NCBI RefSeq assembly: GCF_964355755.1
Contig: NC_092678.1
Location: 24,321,365-24,385,364, forward strand
DNA: 64,000 nucleotides
Direction: 5' to 3'
DNA from: Antedon mediterranea
Lineage: Eukaryota > Animalia > Echinodermata
Shown here: piece after piece, positions 44,936-58,400 of the stretch
Position numbering within the stretch: position 1 is the first letter of the stretch
How the letters are laid out: each line of letters starts with the position of its first letter
Position numbers and translations under genes: made by a program
The notes under the pieces: generated by a model
Databases searched by the model: none
What the model was told of the DNA's origin: nothing
Seen by the model: only the letters and a program-made list of their open reading frames with translations

Positions 44936-46271
44936 TAATTAGGACCGTTCCTTAAATATGGATGTACTGGTAAAAAAAAGATAATAAAACGTTTATAATA
45001 GAGAGAAGAAAACGTATGTGATATAGCCAGAACAGACTGTATTACATTGAATATTGAAATAAAACTGTGTCTGGACAAAACCATATTTACTGTTAGTACA
45101 CTATGTGACTGTGTGACATCCTATAGTAACGGATGCACAAAAATACCACCGTTACAACTGGTTCCCACACCGATTTGGACCCACAGAAGCCGATAAAATA
45201 TTAAAAAAATTTAAAAAAAAGAAGATAAAACACGCAGCAGATTGCAGTTTGCAGAGTTTGTGGAGCAGCAGATGTTGATGGCTGTATGAACCTCGACAAA
45301 GAAGAGCAAAAGAAGAAAAAAAAGATTATTGAATGGAACAATTGTCGGACCAGCCCCAAGAATAGAAAACGGAATACAGAAAAGAAAACAGCGAGGCCAA
45401 GGAAGAAGAAAGAAGACAATCATTAACTGCTCTTTCGACTATTTGTTTCACTTTCTTTTGACATTTTTGTAACGTTTTATGTGAACTTATACAATTTTTG
45501 GAGTCGCATATGTAACTTTTATAACATTTTGTTTGTGGAGGGCCTGGCTAATTTTTTTAAAACATTATTTTGGACGTTAGCCTATATTCAACTTTCTGTA
45601 TCAATTGTTTTGTCTACATTTCTTTCATTTGGATTGAACACAATATTAACGATGTGGAAGTGACCCATCATTTCTAGTTCTTTTCTATAACCTTCTCTTT
45701 CTTCTGGTGATATACTGTATTATTATTATAGATATAATCATATTGTAACATTGCTTAATTATTACCTTGTGTACTAACTCCGCCGTACTTTACGACAACT
45801 TTTATAAAAATATTTGACAACGTGTTACGATGTATACTACAGTATATCATCATTCTTTTTACTCTACTTTACTTGTGTTTTTCAATCTATACTTCCTATT
45901 CTCAATGATGGTTCACTTTTCCATAAACTCATTTTGATTAATTGCATGTTTTAAAACTTATGATATTTTATATTTTTTTTTATATATATTCCCTATACTT
46001 ACATAATATATATTGCATGTTGACGAGTTTTTAATACTTACATTTATTTTTAATTAGTAGTAGAAGTAGTAACGTATTATCATCACTATATTTTGATTTT
46101 GGAATGATATTTCATTCCCTTTACTTGATATTACTTGATTTTGTTTTTTAAATTTAATTAACTTACAGTTTTAATAATTTTCGCATTTACTTAATTACTT
46201 AATTTCCTTTATATTACAATTACAATTTAATATACGAAGTGGGACACTTCTTTGGTAGAGAGGGAATAATA

Positions 46272-46469
46272 TAACACTCTGACCATCAGGTCAACAACCC
46301 TTTTTCACTATTTCTCCCTACTCCAGCTATTAACATTCCTAGTGGTTCTTCCTGTTCCTAGGTACTCTTTGTTCACTCTCCTATAACCCACATCATTAAT
46401 CAGTCACTGTTTCCTCATCATCAAGGAATGTTCCCTTTACTAAATAGTCCCCTCCCAGTACATGCATAT
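46272..46469 (+). repeat. ~190-bp direct repeat, copy 2
   Basis: Near-identical to 44745-44935, same orientation. Confidence 0.9.
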
Positions 46470-46830
46470 ATCAAGAACAAGTGGTGCGTTTATGAAACAA
46501 ACTATTTTTAATACCATGTACTGTAATACATACAAAAAACATACAGATATACAATTACAAAGAAAAACTTACCAAAAATTTAAACAATAGGATAATTGAA
46601 AACTTTGTTCAAACTCTCTTGGTGTAAGATTTGCAAAGGATATCAACAGATTTATTTCACACTTAATAATAACAATCGTTCAGGAAATCATCACCGGTTA
46701 AGCCAATCAAATGAAATTACTAGAAACAAAAGCACGCCCAGCAACAACACAAAAATTTAAACGAATGATCGTGGTGTGACGTGCCACTGTGTCAAAGTTT
46801 CTCCCAATAAAAAAAGAAATTTAGTGGACA

Positions 46831-48177
46831 ATGAAGAAATCTAGAATAAAGTTCAGATTGGATAACTTGCATCTTATTATCTGTATTTTAACAATTGAAT
46901 TATCATGTGCCATTAGAGATGAAGCTGAGAATGGTCACGTGTATGCAATTGATGGGCAACCGTCAATCACACTAGAATGCACAGCATTTAAAAGTAGAGC
47001 AACAGTACAATGGTCGTTATATGAAAAACCTATTGACAAAGAACTTCAATATCTAAAAAATGGTAAACAAGTGATTAAGTACACCACGCCAGAATCTATT
47101 GGAAGAACATATGAACTGATAATACAAGACGTAGAGCGTAGAGACGAAGGTACCTATATTTGCCAACTGAACGGAGATATACTTGCATGTGGCATAACAC
47201 TAACAGTGGGTTTTTTACATAACTCTCCTTCTGTTGAATGCCAACTGTTTCAAACACCACGCATTGCTTTAAATAGCCAAACTCCCGACGAAATTACTCA
47301 GGATCTCAACCTAACCTGTTCCGCTGACATCGGTTCAAATATCGTTGTAAACATCACAATCTTGAAATCTGCAGAAGGTCAATCGGTTCCTCTTATATCA
47401 GTTGACAAAACACAATCAAATGCCATTGATGACGTCAAACATAGTTTCCAAGTTAATGTCAGTGGATTAGATGGCGGGAGATTCTGGTGCATGGTGCGTC
47501 ATCCTATGTTGCCAGAGCCCGTCAACTGCTCAACGTCTATGTTGGTGAAACCACAAGCAGAGATCAAAGAGGTTAAGGGAAGCGAATTTAAGTGTACAAG
47601 TACAACAACTCCATATCCAAGTGATGTTTCATTTCGATGGAAAGTTTGTCCCAACTGCGATAAAAGATCAAACACGACAAACTCTTGTGAGATGCTAAAC
47701 AACACAAGTAGTTCTTTGACATTGAAAGCCGCAATTGATACTAATCTGTTACTGGTCTGCGAGATTGAAAACGCGGTGGGTGTAGGACGCGCTTCTTTAA
47801 ACGTCTCTGAAGCAGTTGATAACACAGTAACAACTCTCATTAATTGGGTAAATTGGGTTATTGGAAGTTTGGTTGTGTTATTGGTAATTAGTTGGCTAGG
47901 GTGTTTTTACCTACTATGTGCACGCAGGCAATCAAGATGTTCAAAACCCCAGGATGTCACCAATGACGTCACCGACGACCAATACACTAATCTTCAACTT
48001 GATCAAATGCAGCAACAAGATATTAGAATGTCATCTACTGCACTAGACACAGATGGAATTAGAAATGTCTTTATCAATGACCAATACACTGGTTTTCAAC
48101 AACATGAAGATCTTCGAAAGTCAGCTACTGCAACAAACACTGACGATGCTCAGTATATTAATGTCCAAAACAGATAA
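46831..48177 (+). CDS. Single-exon Ig-superfamily receptor B (inverted paralog of A)
   Basis: 448-aa ORF; first ~270 aa almost identical to receptor A; TM WVIGSLVVLLVISWLGCFYLLC; tail with DQYTNL, DQYTGF, AQYINV. Confidence 0.92.
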   Translation: MKKSRIKFRLDNLHLIICILTIELSCAIRDEAENGHVYAIDGQPSITLECTAFKSRATVQWSLYEKPIDKELQYLKNGKQVIKYTTPESIGRTYELIIQDVERRDEGTYICQLNGDILACGITLTVGFLHNSPSVECQLFQTPRIALNSQTPDEITQDLNLTCSADIGSNIVVNITILKSAEGQSVPLISVDKTQSNAIDDVKHSFQVNVSGLDGGRFWCMVRHPMLPEPVNCSTSMLVKPQAEIKEVKGSEFKCTSTTTPYPSDVSFRWKVCPNCDKRSNTTNSCEMLNNTSSSLTLKAAIDTNLLLVCEIENAVGVGRASLNVSEAVDNTVTTLINWVNWVIGSLVVLLVISWLGCFYLLCARRQSRCSKPQDVTNDVTDDQYTNLQLDQMQQQDIRMSSTALDTDGIRNVFINDQYTGFQQHEDLRKSATATNTDDAQYINVQNR

Positions 48178-49479
48178 AATGAAGAAAGAACACACATCAC
48201 CAGCTTAATATCCTATGTTAATTCAGAATACATGCATTATAAGGTACACTCATTATAACATGCTCTAATTCGATAATACCATAATTGAAAATTATATACT
48301 ACTGTATTTATCATTATTGTTTTATCTTTTACGTTTATGATAATAATTTATTTGGAGTTTACACTTTTACAACAGTGGCACTCGACCAAGTGGAAGGTGC
48401 ATCCATAAGAAATATACACACTCGAATGTTGAAGAAGATAGTTTGAATAGTTATTTAAGCCAAAGACTGTAAATGATTGATGATAAGTTTTCGTAGTTTT
48501 TCATCACGGTGCTTAGGGGCCTACTTGCTAGTAAAACATATTCGAATGAGGATGGGGTAACATTTTGCCGGTCTATAACACCCATATAACAGACAAGACA
48601 CATAAGTGGTTTAGCTGTCTGTCGTCCCTTGCTGGATCCGAAACTACACAAATCAGAATATCACAGACATATAATATAGAATGTGTATAATTTATTATTG
48701 TATCTTATACATTATTACATTGCGTGCTTTACATATAAATATACATTCCTAGCATTATAAGACATTAACATCCATTATTATATTACACAAATATTGTTCT
48801 ATATATAAATATTTTATAAACACACACAATATACATTATATATTATTTCACAGTATCTGCTTTAATTATTTTATGGAATGACTAAGTACGACCATGTTTG
48901 CGATTTTAGACATAAAATAATATAAGTTATTAATTCTATGACATTATGAGATTGTATAAAAATTACGTCTTTAAGGCCAATTTATTACTGAACAAAAACT
49001 TTGAATTTTAATTTGATGATTAATATTGGCCATTTGGTAAAACGATCATAAGTTACTCGTTTAGTATACACAGTTACAGTATCTGATTATACAGTACTAT
49101 AAAAATAAATAATTTATAAATAAGAACAGTATTGTAGTGTAGCAAATATTTCACTTTTTAGGCCTATATATTAATACACTGTAGACTATAACAATTATTA
49201 AGTATCAACAATCTTAATAAAAAGATTTAATGTATAAATTTATGAAACTGTTTCAGTTTTTATCATCATAATAGTGATAGTGATAGTCATTAATATTGTA
49301 ATTTAGTTGCTAATACTTCTATTTCCTGGTTAAATGTAATTTAAAAAAGACTTATGACCAAGAATGAGTGCCTCTCCTCACCCCCAACATAAAAAGGCGT
49401 TACGTCGCATTTAAAAACATTAAAATAAGTTGGCCTAGAGCATTAAAAGAGGAAATTAAAATATATTTGGAAAGTTATC

Positions 49480-52400
49480 TCAAATTGTGACGTCAAGACT
49501 AGTTGTTGCTAGCTTCTTCTCAGAAGTGTGTCTACGTTGCGGCCAATTCACTTCGGTTTCCACCAGCTTTCTGTTATTTCGTTCAAACCAATAAAAGTCC
49601 TCGCTGCTCCAAGCTTTCAAATAAAGCAGTTGCTGTCTTGGTTTTGCTGAATGGTTCTGTTGAGCAAGTTGAATCATGTCGGACTCGCATACAGGGGGCA
49701 GCAGGCGTGACGCAATCACTTGGTCCGACCCAATTGGTATAAAGTTTTCCACAATACCGATATCGGTCTGGGTAAGATTGTATGTCGAAATTAACCCTAA
49801 CACTTCCCCATATTTGTAATGGAATGGACTATCCTCATGAATATTAATGATGAGAATATCACCATAACTACGCCCCACCCATAGCGTATCCTTGACAACT
49901 AATAATGCTTTGATTTTACAAGCTGTTTGAGAATTTTCCCTAAGAAATTCTGTGTATGTTTTCCCATTTTTCTGCTGGCCCCAAATATGAACACTTGAAC
50001 TCGAGTTTCTGATTGGTTGTTTACGCTGCTCACCCTGTTCATCATCATTTTCAGAATAATGTCCAAAGTTAAATGCTAATTTACGATCTTCTTCTTCTTT
50101 ATTATCACTTTCGCTGACCCCAGAATCATCCATGTCTTGTGACTCATTTGACCTCAACTTTAACCTTCCACCTTTATAAGAATTGCCTGTATCCATGGTG
50201 ATGACCCAGCCCTGTGCTGAATCAGAGCAATGGAAGGTGGTAACACATTTGCGAGTTCTGACGTCATACTGATACACGTTGGCAGGGGAGCCACAAGAAC
50301 ACCATAGCTTATTGTCTTTCAACTCCATGACCTTCACTGCCATATTCTCGTTCTCTCCGCATTGAACTGGTTCTAACTGGTTTAGATCAACACAGCTTAT
50401 TATATGAATAAAATTCTTTGATCCTATCCAGATTTCGTTAATGCTTTTCACACTGACCATACAATTGCATGGCTCATGGTCCATATTTAGGGCCATGGTC
50501 TTGACCAATGTCCAATCAGGGGGATTTATCAATGGACCATCAATACTGTCTTTTTCCTCATACTTAAATATAGATAACTGACCATCATCAAGGCCAATGA
50601 AAATGTGATATGAAGATGAGGTGTCATCCTGTATATAAAAAAAATTGTAAAATTACAGTCACAGTAATAATATAAATTTGTTTGAAATTAAGTTTTTTAT
50701 ATAATTCTTCTTGTTTGTTGTTTTATTCTAGTCATCATATAACAAAAAATATAACCTCCTTGGCAGAGGTTATAATAAAATAAAATTGTATACTGTATGT
50801 CTGGTTTTCCATAGAGTCTGGTAAATCGGAATGTATTTTTAAGATGGTCAAAATGAATTTGGGAACTTTTAGACTTTGAGCATTATCTGGTTTTGGGAGA
50901 GTTTCCGGTTTTCAGAGGAATGGGAGAGTCGACTGTATTAGTTTAGTAAGCATGGAATCCACTTGTAAAGTTTAGGATGCGTGTTTAAATAAAAACAATA
51001 GTAATACCTTTTTTGCATACGTCATACAATTAGGGGCTGACGATAAGTTCGTTTTGCATAAGATTTCAGAATGTTCCATTCCACCTGCAGGGGTGGTCAA
51101 AACTTGGATCACTCCATCTCTGCCGGTCTACATAGAAAATTTATGTAAATTAGAATTAAGTATAGATTATAACTTGGAACTCTACATTATTATTGAATTA
51201 GGCGCTCTGTTCTCTGTAAGGCGCCATATAAAAACTTGTATAGAATAGAAAAGTATCCTTTGGGTGGATGTGATTGGCCAGATTATAATTGTATATTGAA
51301 ATCTAACCTTTGAACCCAAGATGATACTTTGACCTATCTTGATCATGCATGTGACTGTAGATCCCTGTATATTTTTTTCTTCCATTCCAATTTCTTTTTC
51401 CTTTTTTCTTGATGTTCTTCTAAGTTTACGGAATGTTGATGTTCCTGTCCAAGTCCATAATTCATATGTTCCCTAAAATTGTGAATTTATAAATGAATTT
51501 ATAAACACGCATTTTGTTATTTATGCAAAGAATAACATAAAAAATGTTATGTGTATTTGAAACATAGTACATCAACGGCTGAATGACTCACATATAATGC
51601 CACTGCTAAAGCTCTGTCTACACTATCAAACTAGTTTGACAAAAAAAGTGTGATGTGCCCAAATATGGTAGTGATATACCTAAATATGGTAGTGATATGA
51701 CATCATCATGTCCATATGGGCACATCACATTTTTTTGTCACATAAAGTTAGTGTAGACAGAGCTTTAAACTTATCTATTTTTAGTGTTGTCGCTAGGAAG
51801 TTTAGAATTTCTCCTTATGTTTACATTTTCTCTTAGGGCGGCATGTATAATATGAACTGTGATATTGGCATGTGGGACACAATAATATGTTACAGAAAAG
51901 TGCTCTGACCTTTACGCTATTAAAATGTAGCATTGTAATAACCAAATGATGTGGACTGATATAACAATGTATTTGCTAGATTTACTCACTGTGTTAGTGA
52001 CAGAGCTGTAGATACAATCAATGGGTTCCTTATGCTCTATAACCTGCTGGATTACTAGGAAGCTAGGGTCCTTAAATGCTGTTAGTACTTCACCTATAAA
52101 AGGCCTAGCTTGCTGGTCATCTCTCCAACATGCCTATCAAAAGATAAGAATGTAATGGTCAGTTTGACCAGTAACCATTCAGTTACTATGCAGTGATTGT
52201 TCAAAAGATAAAAATGTAATGGTCAGTTTGACCAGTAGCCATTCAGTTTACTATTCAGTGATTGTTTTTTTCTTATTGCTGATTGTTTTATAGTGTTAAT
52301 GTGTAGGCCCTATTAAATCAACTACTAACTATTTTGATAAAGAAACAAATTGTTTTTCTTTTCTTATCTTTTACCATTATGCTATTTTAAACTTTAATAT

Positions 52401-55400
52401 CATAATATCTGGTTATAGAAACAAAGAAATAACAATTATAGGGCCTGTTTCTGCTGCAACTGCTCAAAATACGGTATAAAAATACGGTATAAAATACGGT
52501 ATTTTTTATACCGTATTTTTTAGTACCCCGTTTCTGCTAACAATACTTCTTGGGTGGTCGTGTTAAATTTCATCTTTTTTACCCAAATTGCCATTCATTT
52601 ATTTGATCGATAATTAAAAGTCGCAATAAAGGAAGTTTTACGTCTCACTTTCAACAGCCTAGCCCTAGTGATAGAGATGTTGTGAGAGCACAGAAAACAT
52701 CGTAATGGGGACAATTAATTTGTTCCCTCCCCGAGTTATTGTATTTTGCAATGTTGTAGGCCTACTGCTTTCGCAGGCTCTTCAGCTTTGAGTTTACTTG
52801 CTTTGGAGACAAGTTTATTCCATACTCCTGCTTTATTTTTTTAGAAATGTCTTTATAAATGTGGTTGTCCCTTTTATTACCTTTTAGTTGGTCAGACATT
52901 TTAGCTTCCCCACACACATTTATTTAGTAAAACTGTGACGTATTCGCTCCACATTTTCGCCGAATATATCTATACATGTGTGTAAAGCAGCTAACAGCGA
53001 CAGAAAATAAAAACACGAATGGTGACCTTTTGTCATGTAAAAAAAAAATACGGTATATTTTATTGGCAGCAGAAACGGGTACAAAAAATACGGTATAAAT
53101 TTGTAAATACCGTATTTTATCCACAAATTTTGTTGGGAAAATACGGTATACAAAATACGGTATATTTTTTATGAGCGCAGTTTCTGCTGCCAAAAATATA
53201 CCGTATATATACGGTATTCAAAAAATACCGTATAATATACGGCATTTAGTTGGCAGCAGAAACAGGGCCATAGAAACTAAATTGTCAAAACTAAACCATT
53301 TCTTATGTTTTTATTAGGCTTTTGTTAGTAATAACAATAATAAAACACAACAGTTATTACTGCACTAAGTGCAATAACACGAAATGCACTCAATACGGAA
53401 GAGAACTCAGCAATGACCATATTAGGAGAGCTCAGCAATGACCATATTAGGAGAGCTCAGCAATGACCATATTAGGCAAACTTTATATAATAACCATATT
53501 AAGGAAAACATGATTTTATGACCATATAAGGAAATGTGGCATAATAATATTGTGATGTCATTAAATCCGAGAGCAGATACATTAAAAATAAAACAGGAAA
53601 TAGATAGAATACTAGGATAGTGACTATATCAGTACGGCAAGCATTTATAATGATTATTAATGTTATCAATTATTGTTGTTACCTGAACAATCTCCTCAAG
53701 ATGTGGGAATTCTGGTACCACATTGAATTCTTTGAATTTGTAACCTGGTCGTTGGTTGTTCCGTATCGCCATGGAGATCTCACCTCTTCCTTGATCATGG
53801 AATGGAGGCATACCTGTTAGTAGATGGTACAGAACCATTCCATAGGAAAAAATATCAACCTGGAAATCAAGAAAAATTAATAGTAATTTTAAAATAACAA
53901 TTAAAACAAGGACATTATACCATTTAGTATACAAAATTTTAATTTTTCTTCTTTTTTAATTCTTTTCTTTTTTCTTAAAAATGTCTTTTAATTTGTCTTT
54001 CAAGTGTCCATTTTACTTTATTATGAATTGAATAAAATATAGATGACATTATTATTGGAAAACAAATAATTAGTAGTGACTGTTTACCTTTTGGTCAAAG
54101 GTCATCCCTCTCTCTACTTCCGGAGCTCGAAATCCTGGCGCACCCTTCGATGTCCTAACCCCTTGCATGATGTTCACCTTTGAGATGCCATAATCTGTCA
54201 TTTTCACATTTATCTTATCATCCACATTCAGTGACCAAAGCAAAACATTGTCTGTTTTCAGATCACAGTAAATGATGCTTTTCTTGTGTAGATAAGCCAA
54301 AGCACATGCTATCTGGTTTGCAATCTTATAAGTTAGCTTCATATCTAAGGGGGAACCCTGCTCAGCAACTCCAAATTTCGCTAAAGCACATCGACGACTG
54401 TTCTGATCATCCAGATATGACATGAGGTCACCGTGCGGAGCATACTCCATTGCGAAACAAAGTTTTGAAATTGATAAACCAATAAGAGAGACGATAAATG
54501 GATGATGTAATCGAGACATCAAAGATACTTCTGCTCGCAGTTGTGAAAGACTTCTAATGATGTCATTGATTTCTTTCTCTGAGAGATCTTCCACTGATGG
54601 CAGTCCAAGAGAGTTTGTTCTTGATTTGCTTTCTTCTCCTCCAGATGATGACTGGCTGTGAGTTCCTTCTCTCCACACCTTTGATTTCGACGGAGCTGAA
54701 TGGTATTTCTTGACAGCAACAATCTCCATCTTGTACTTGGCTTTATAAACAACTCCAAATCCCCCAGAATTCAACTCCTTAATTAACTGCAGATGGTCGT
54801 CATGGATTTTCGTGACTGAGATGTCTTCCAGAAGCAGATCTGGAACTAGGAACTTCAGTGGAACTTCTTGTTCAACATGGTTTGGACACTTTAAGTACAT
54901 TGCGTTTGTGCACACAGCTACAGCGCACTCTGTCAGTGTGAAAGTGTGGATAGAGCCGTCGGATACTGATTGGCGAACGCTCACGTCGCCTTTCTGTTTC
55001 GAAAAGCAATCTGAACAAAGTACAAGACGTTCTAACAACTTGGTACCACCCAGTATATCATCACCACTAAACCCTAGAAAAAGGAAAAAGATTCGTACAT
55101 TAAATCGCAACACATACCCTTTCCACATCTGCATATATAAAATACATTGTTTAAAATACAAAATACAAGCAAGATTGATGTGTGTAAGGGTATAGCAAGA
55201 TTGGTGTGTGTAAGGGTATAGCAAGATTGATGTGTGTAAGGGTATGGCAAGATTGGTGTGTGTAAGGGTATAGCAAGATTGGTGTGTGTAAGGGTATGGC
55301 AAGATTGGTGTGTGTAAGGGTATAGCAAGATTGATGTGTGTAAGGGTATAGCAAGATTGGTGTGTGTAAGGGTATGGCAAGATTGGTGTGTGTAAGGGTA

Positions 55401-58400
55401 TAGCAAGATTGGTGTGTGTAAGGGTATGGCAAGATTGGTGTGTGTAAGGGTATGGCAAGATTGGTGTGTGTAAGGGTATGGCAAGATTGATGTGTGTAAT
55501 GGTATAGCAAGATTGGTGTGTGTAAGGGTATAGCAAGATTGGTGTGTGTAAGGGTATGGCAAGATTGGTGTGTGTAAGGGTATAGCAAGATTGGTGTGTG
55601 TAAGGGTATAGCAAGATTGATGTGTGTAAGGGTATAGCAAGATTGATGTGTGTAAGGGTATAGCAAGATTGGTGTGTGTAAGGGTATAGCAAGGTTGGTG
55701 TGTGTAAGGGTATAGCAAGATTGGTGTGTGTAAGGGTATAGCAAGATTGGTGTGTGTAAGGGTATAGCAAGATTGGTGTGTGTAATGGTATGGCAAGATT
55801 GATGTGTGTAAGGGTATAGCAAGATTGATGTGTGTAATGGTATGGCAAGATTGGTGTGTGTAAGGGTATAGCAAGATTGATGTGTGTAATGGTATGGCAA
55901 GATTGATGTGTGTAAGGGTATAGCAAGATTGGTGTGTGTAAGGGTATAGCAAGATTGGTGTGTGTAAGAGTATAGCAAGATTGGTGTGTGTAAGGGTATA
56001 GCAAGATTGGTGTGTGTAAGGGTATAGCAAGATTGGTGTGTGTAAGGGTATAGCAAGATTGGTGTGTGTAAGGGTATAGCAAGATTGGTGTGTGTAAGGG
56101 TATAGCAAGATTGGTGTGTGTAAGGGTATAGCAAGATTGGTGTGTGTAAGAGTATAGCAAGATTGGTGTGTGTAAGAGTATAGCAAGATTGGTGTGTGTA
56201 AGAGTATAGCAAGATTGGTGTGTGTAAGGGTATGGCAAGATTGGTGTGTGTAAGGGTATAGCAAGATTGGTGTGTGTAAGGGTATGGCAAGATTGATGTG
56301 TGTAAGGGTATAGCAAGATTGATGTGTGTAAGGGTATAACAAGATTGGTGTGTGTAAGGGTATAGCAAGATTGGTGTGTGTAAGGGTATACTGTAGCAAG
56401 ATTGGTGTGTGTAAGGGTATAGCAAGATTGGTGTGTGTAAGGGTATAGCAAGATTGGTGTGTGTAAGGGTATAGCAAGATTGGTGTGTGTAAGGGTATGG
56501 CAAGATTGATGTGTGTAAGGGTATGGCAAGATTGGTGTGTGTAAGGGTATGGCAAGATTGGTGTGTGTAAGGGTATGGCAAGATTGATGTGTGTAAGGGT
56601 ATAGCAAGATTGATGTGTGTAAGGGTATAACAAGATTGGTGTGTGTAAGGGTATAGCAAGATTGGTGTGTGTAAGGGTATAGCAAGATTGGTGTGTGTAA
56701 GGGTATAGCAAGATTGGTGTGTGTAAGGGTATAGCAAGATTGATGTGTGTAAGGGTATAGCAAGATTGGTGTGTGTAAGGGTATAGCAAGATTGGTGTGT
56801 GTAAGGGTATAGCAAGATTGGTGTGTGTAAGGGTATGGCAAGATTGATGTGTGTAAGGGTATAGCAAGATTGGTGTGTGTAAGAGTATAGCAAGATTGGT
56901 GTGTGTAAGGGTATGGCAAGATTGATGTGTGTAAGGGTATAGCAAGATTGGTGTGTGTAAGGGTATAGCAAGATTGGTGTGTGTAAGGGTATAACAAGAT
57001 TGGTGTGTGTAAGGGTATGGCAAGATTGATGTGTGTAAGGGTATAGCAAGATTGGTGTGTGTAAGGGTATAGCAAGATTGGTGTGTGTAAGGGTATAGCA
57101 TAAAATATTTCCATGTTTCATTGAATTGCCTCATTGCAGTAGAGAGAAACGAGTTTCTCATCCTATTGGTTTTCCATCTTGGGTACACTAAACGCCCTGT
57201 CTTACTAAAGACAAGGTAATGGTGGACGGAGGGATCTGACATAATTACTTTAAATGTTTTACTTATGGCACTGTTAACAAGTATAGCACATACAGCAGAC
57301 TTACCTGGATACCATTCCTGTATCAACATCTCTATCTGATCCACGATGAATCCCATTGGAGAGAAATCACCAAAGTAACTTTCAATGGATATACTGATTC
57401 CCATAGATCCATCAGGATAAAAGTAGTAAGGCTCGACAATAAAGAAGCCCTTGTTGCCTCCCTGCGTGACAGCAATCCCTTGACGCCAGTAGATTGTCTG
57501 ACGTCCATCCCATTTAAAACCTGCCATGATAAATGACTGCCGTCTGTAAAGGAAAAAAGAAAAGATAAAACTAATATTGTTAAGTTTTCTGCAAATAACC
57601 ACAACTGAACTTCGATTGTTTTTTATATGTTTTTGGGGTATTTACTGTATTTATTATCTCGTTTTGCTTTTGATGTTGTTTTTACCATTTTGTAAGTGTA
57701 AAGCGATATGTAAATAAAGCTTAATATAATAAATAAATACCAATACTAAAAAGAAGAACTGGATGGCTTGATCAATCAAATCAAATGTCAATGCTATTAT
57801 TGGACAAACATGACAAAGATCATGAATTTATGATTTTGGACACTACAGTATTACGGTGCTGCTCTGTTTGCAGCTGCAACTCCTTGACCATTTGTGTTTA
57901 ATAAATGAATGAAAAAATACATGTATAAACTAATTTTGTAAAATTATAATTGCGAGAAATTTATATAACAAAATGCCATAAGGGAACATGTACAGGTTAC
58001 ATCAATAGTTTTTTTTATTTAGAAAAGAAGACATTATGAGATGCTTTTATTATTTTATTATTTGACATCTGGTCGATGTCAATTTTTTATATAACAAAAT
58101 TTCATAGGGAATATAGGTTACATCAATAGTTTTTTTTATTCAATTACAAGTAAAAAAGAAGACATTATGAGATGCTTTAATTACTTGACAATGGTTGATC
58201 CTCCAAGTGTCATGTTCCTCAACTTCTTCCTGACATGCTTAGAACTGTTGCCACTACCGGTGCTCTCAAGCCATTGCAGGTTGACGATGAGCCTGGACAC
58301 AAGACGACTCCAGAATCCAGTTGGAATGAATGCCATCTTGTACAGTCGTTGGATCTTCAGCGACTTCTTGCCAAATTTTGTTGTATTCAAGATGAATCCT

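Noticed and set aside
45200-45425. Lys-rich coding-like fragment (CRVCG...) in the Ig spacer
   Set aside because: Contains stops, no start or recognisable domain; possibly a transposon relic but unsupported
55074-57602. 656-1014 aa His/Thr/Leu-repeat proteins in the ORF track
   Set aside because: Artefact of a stop-free 26-bp minisatellite; flanking LRRK exons splice in phase across it
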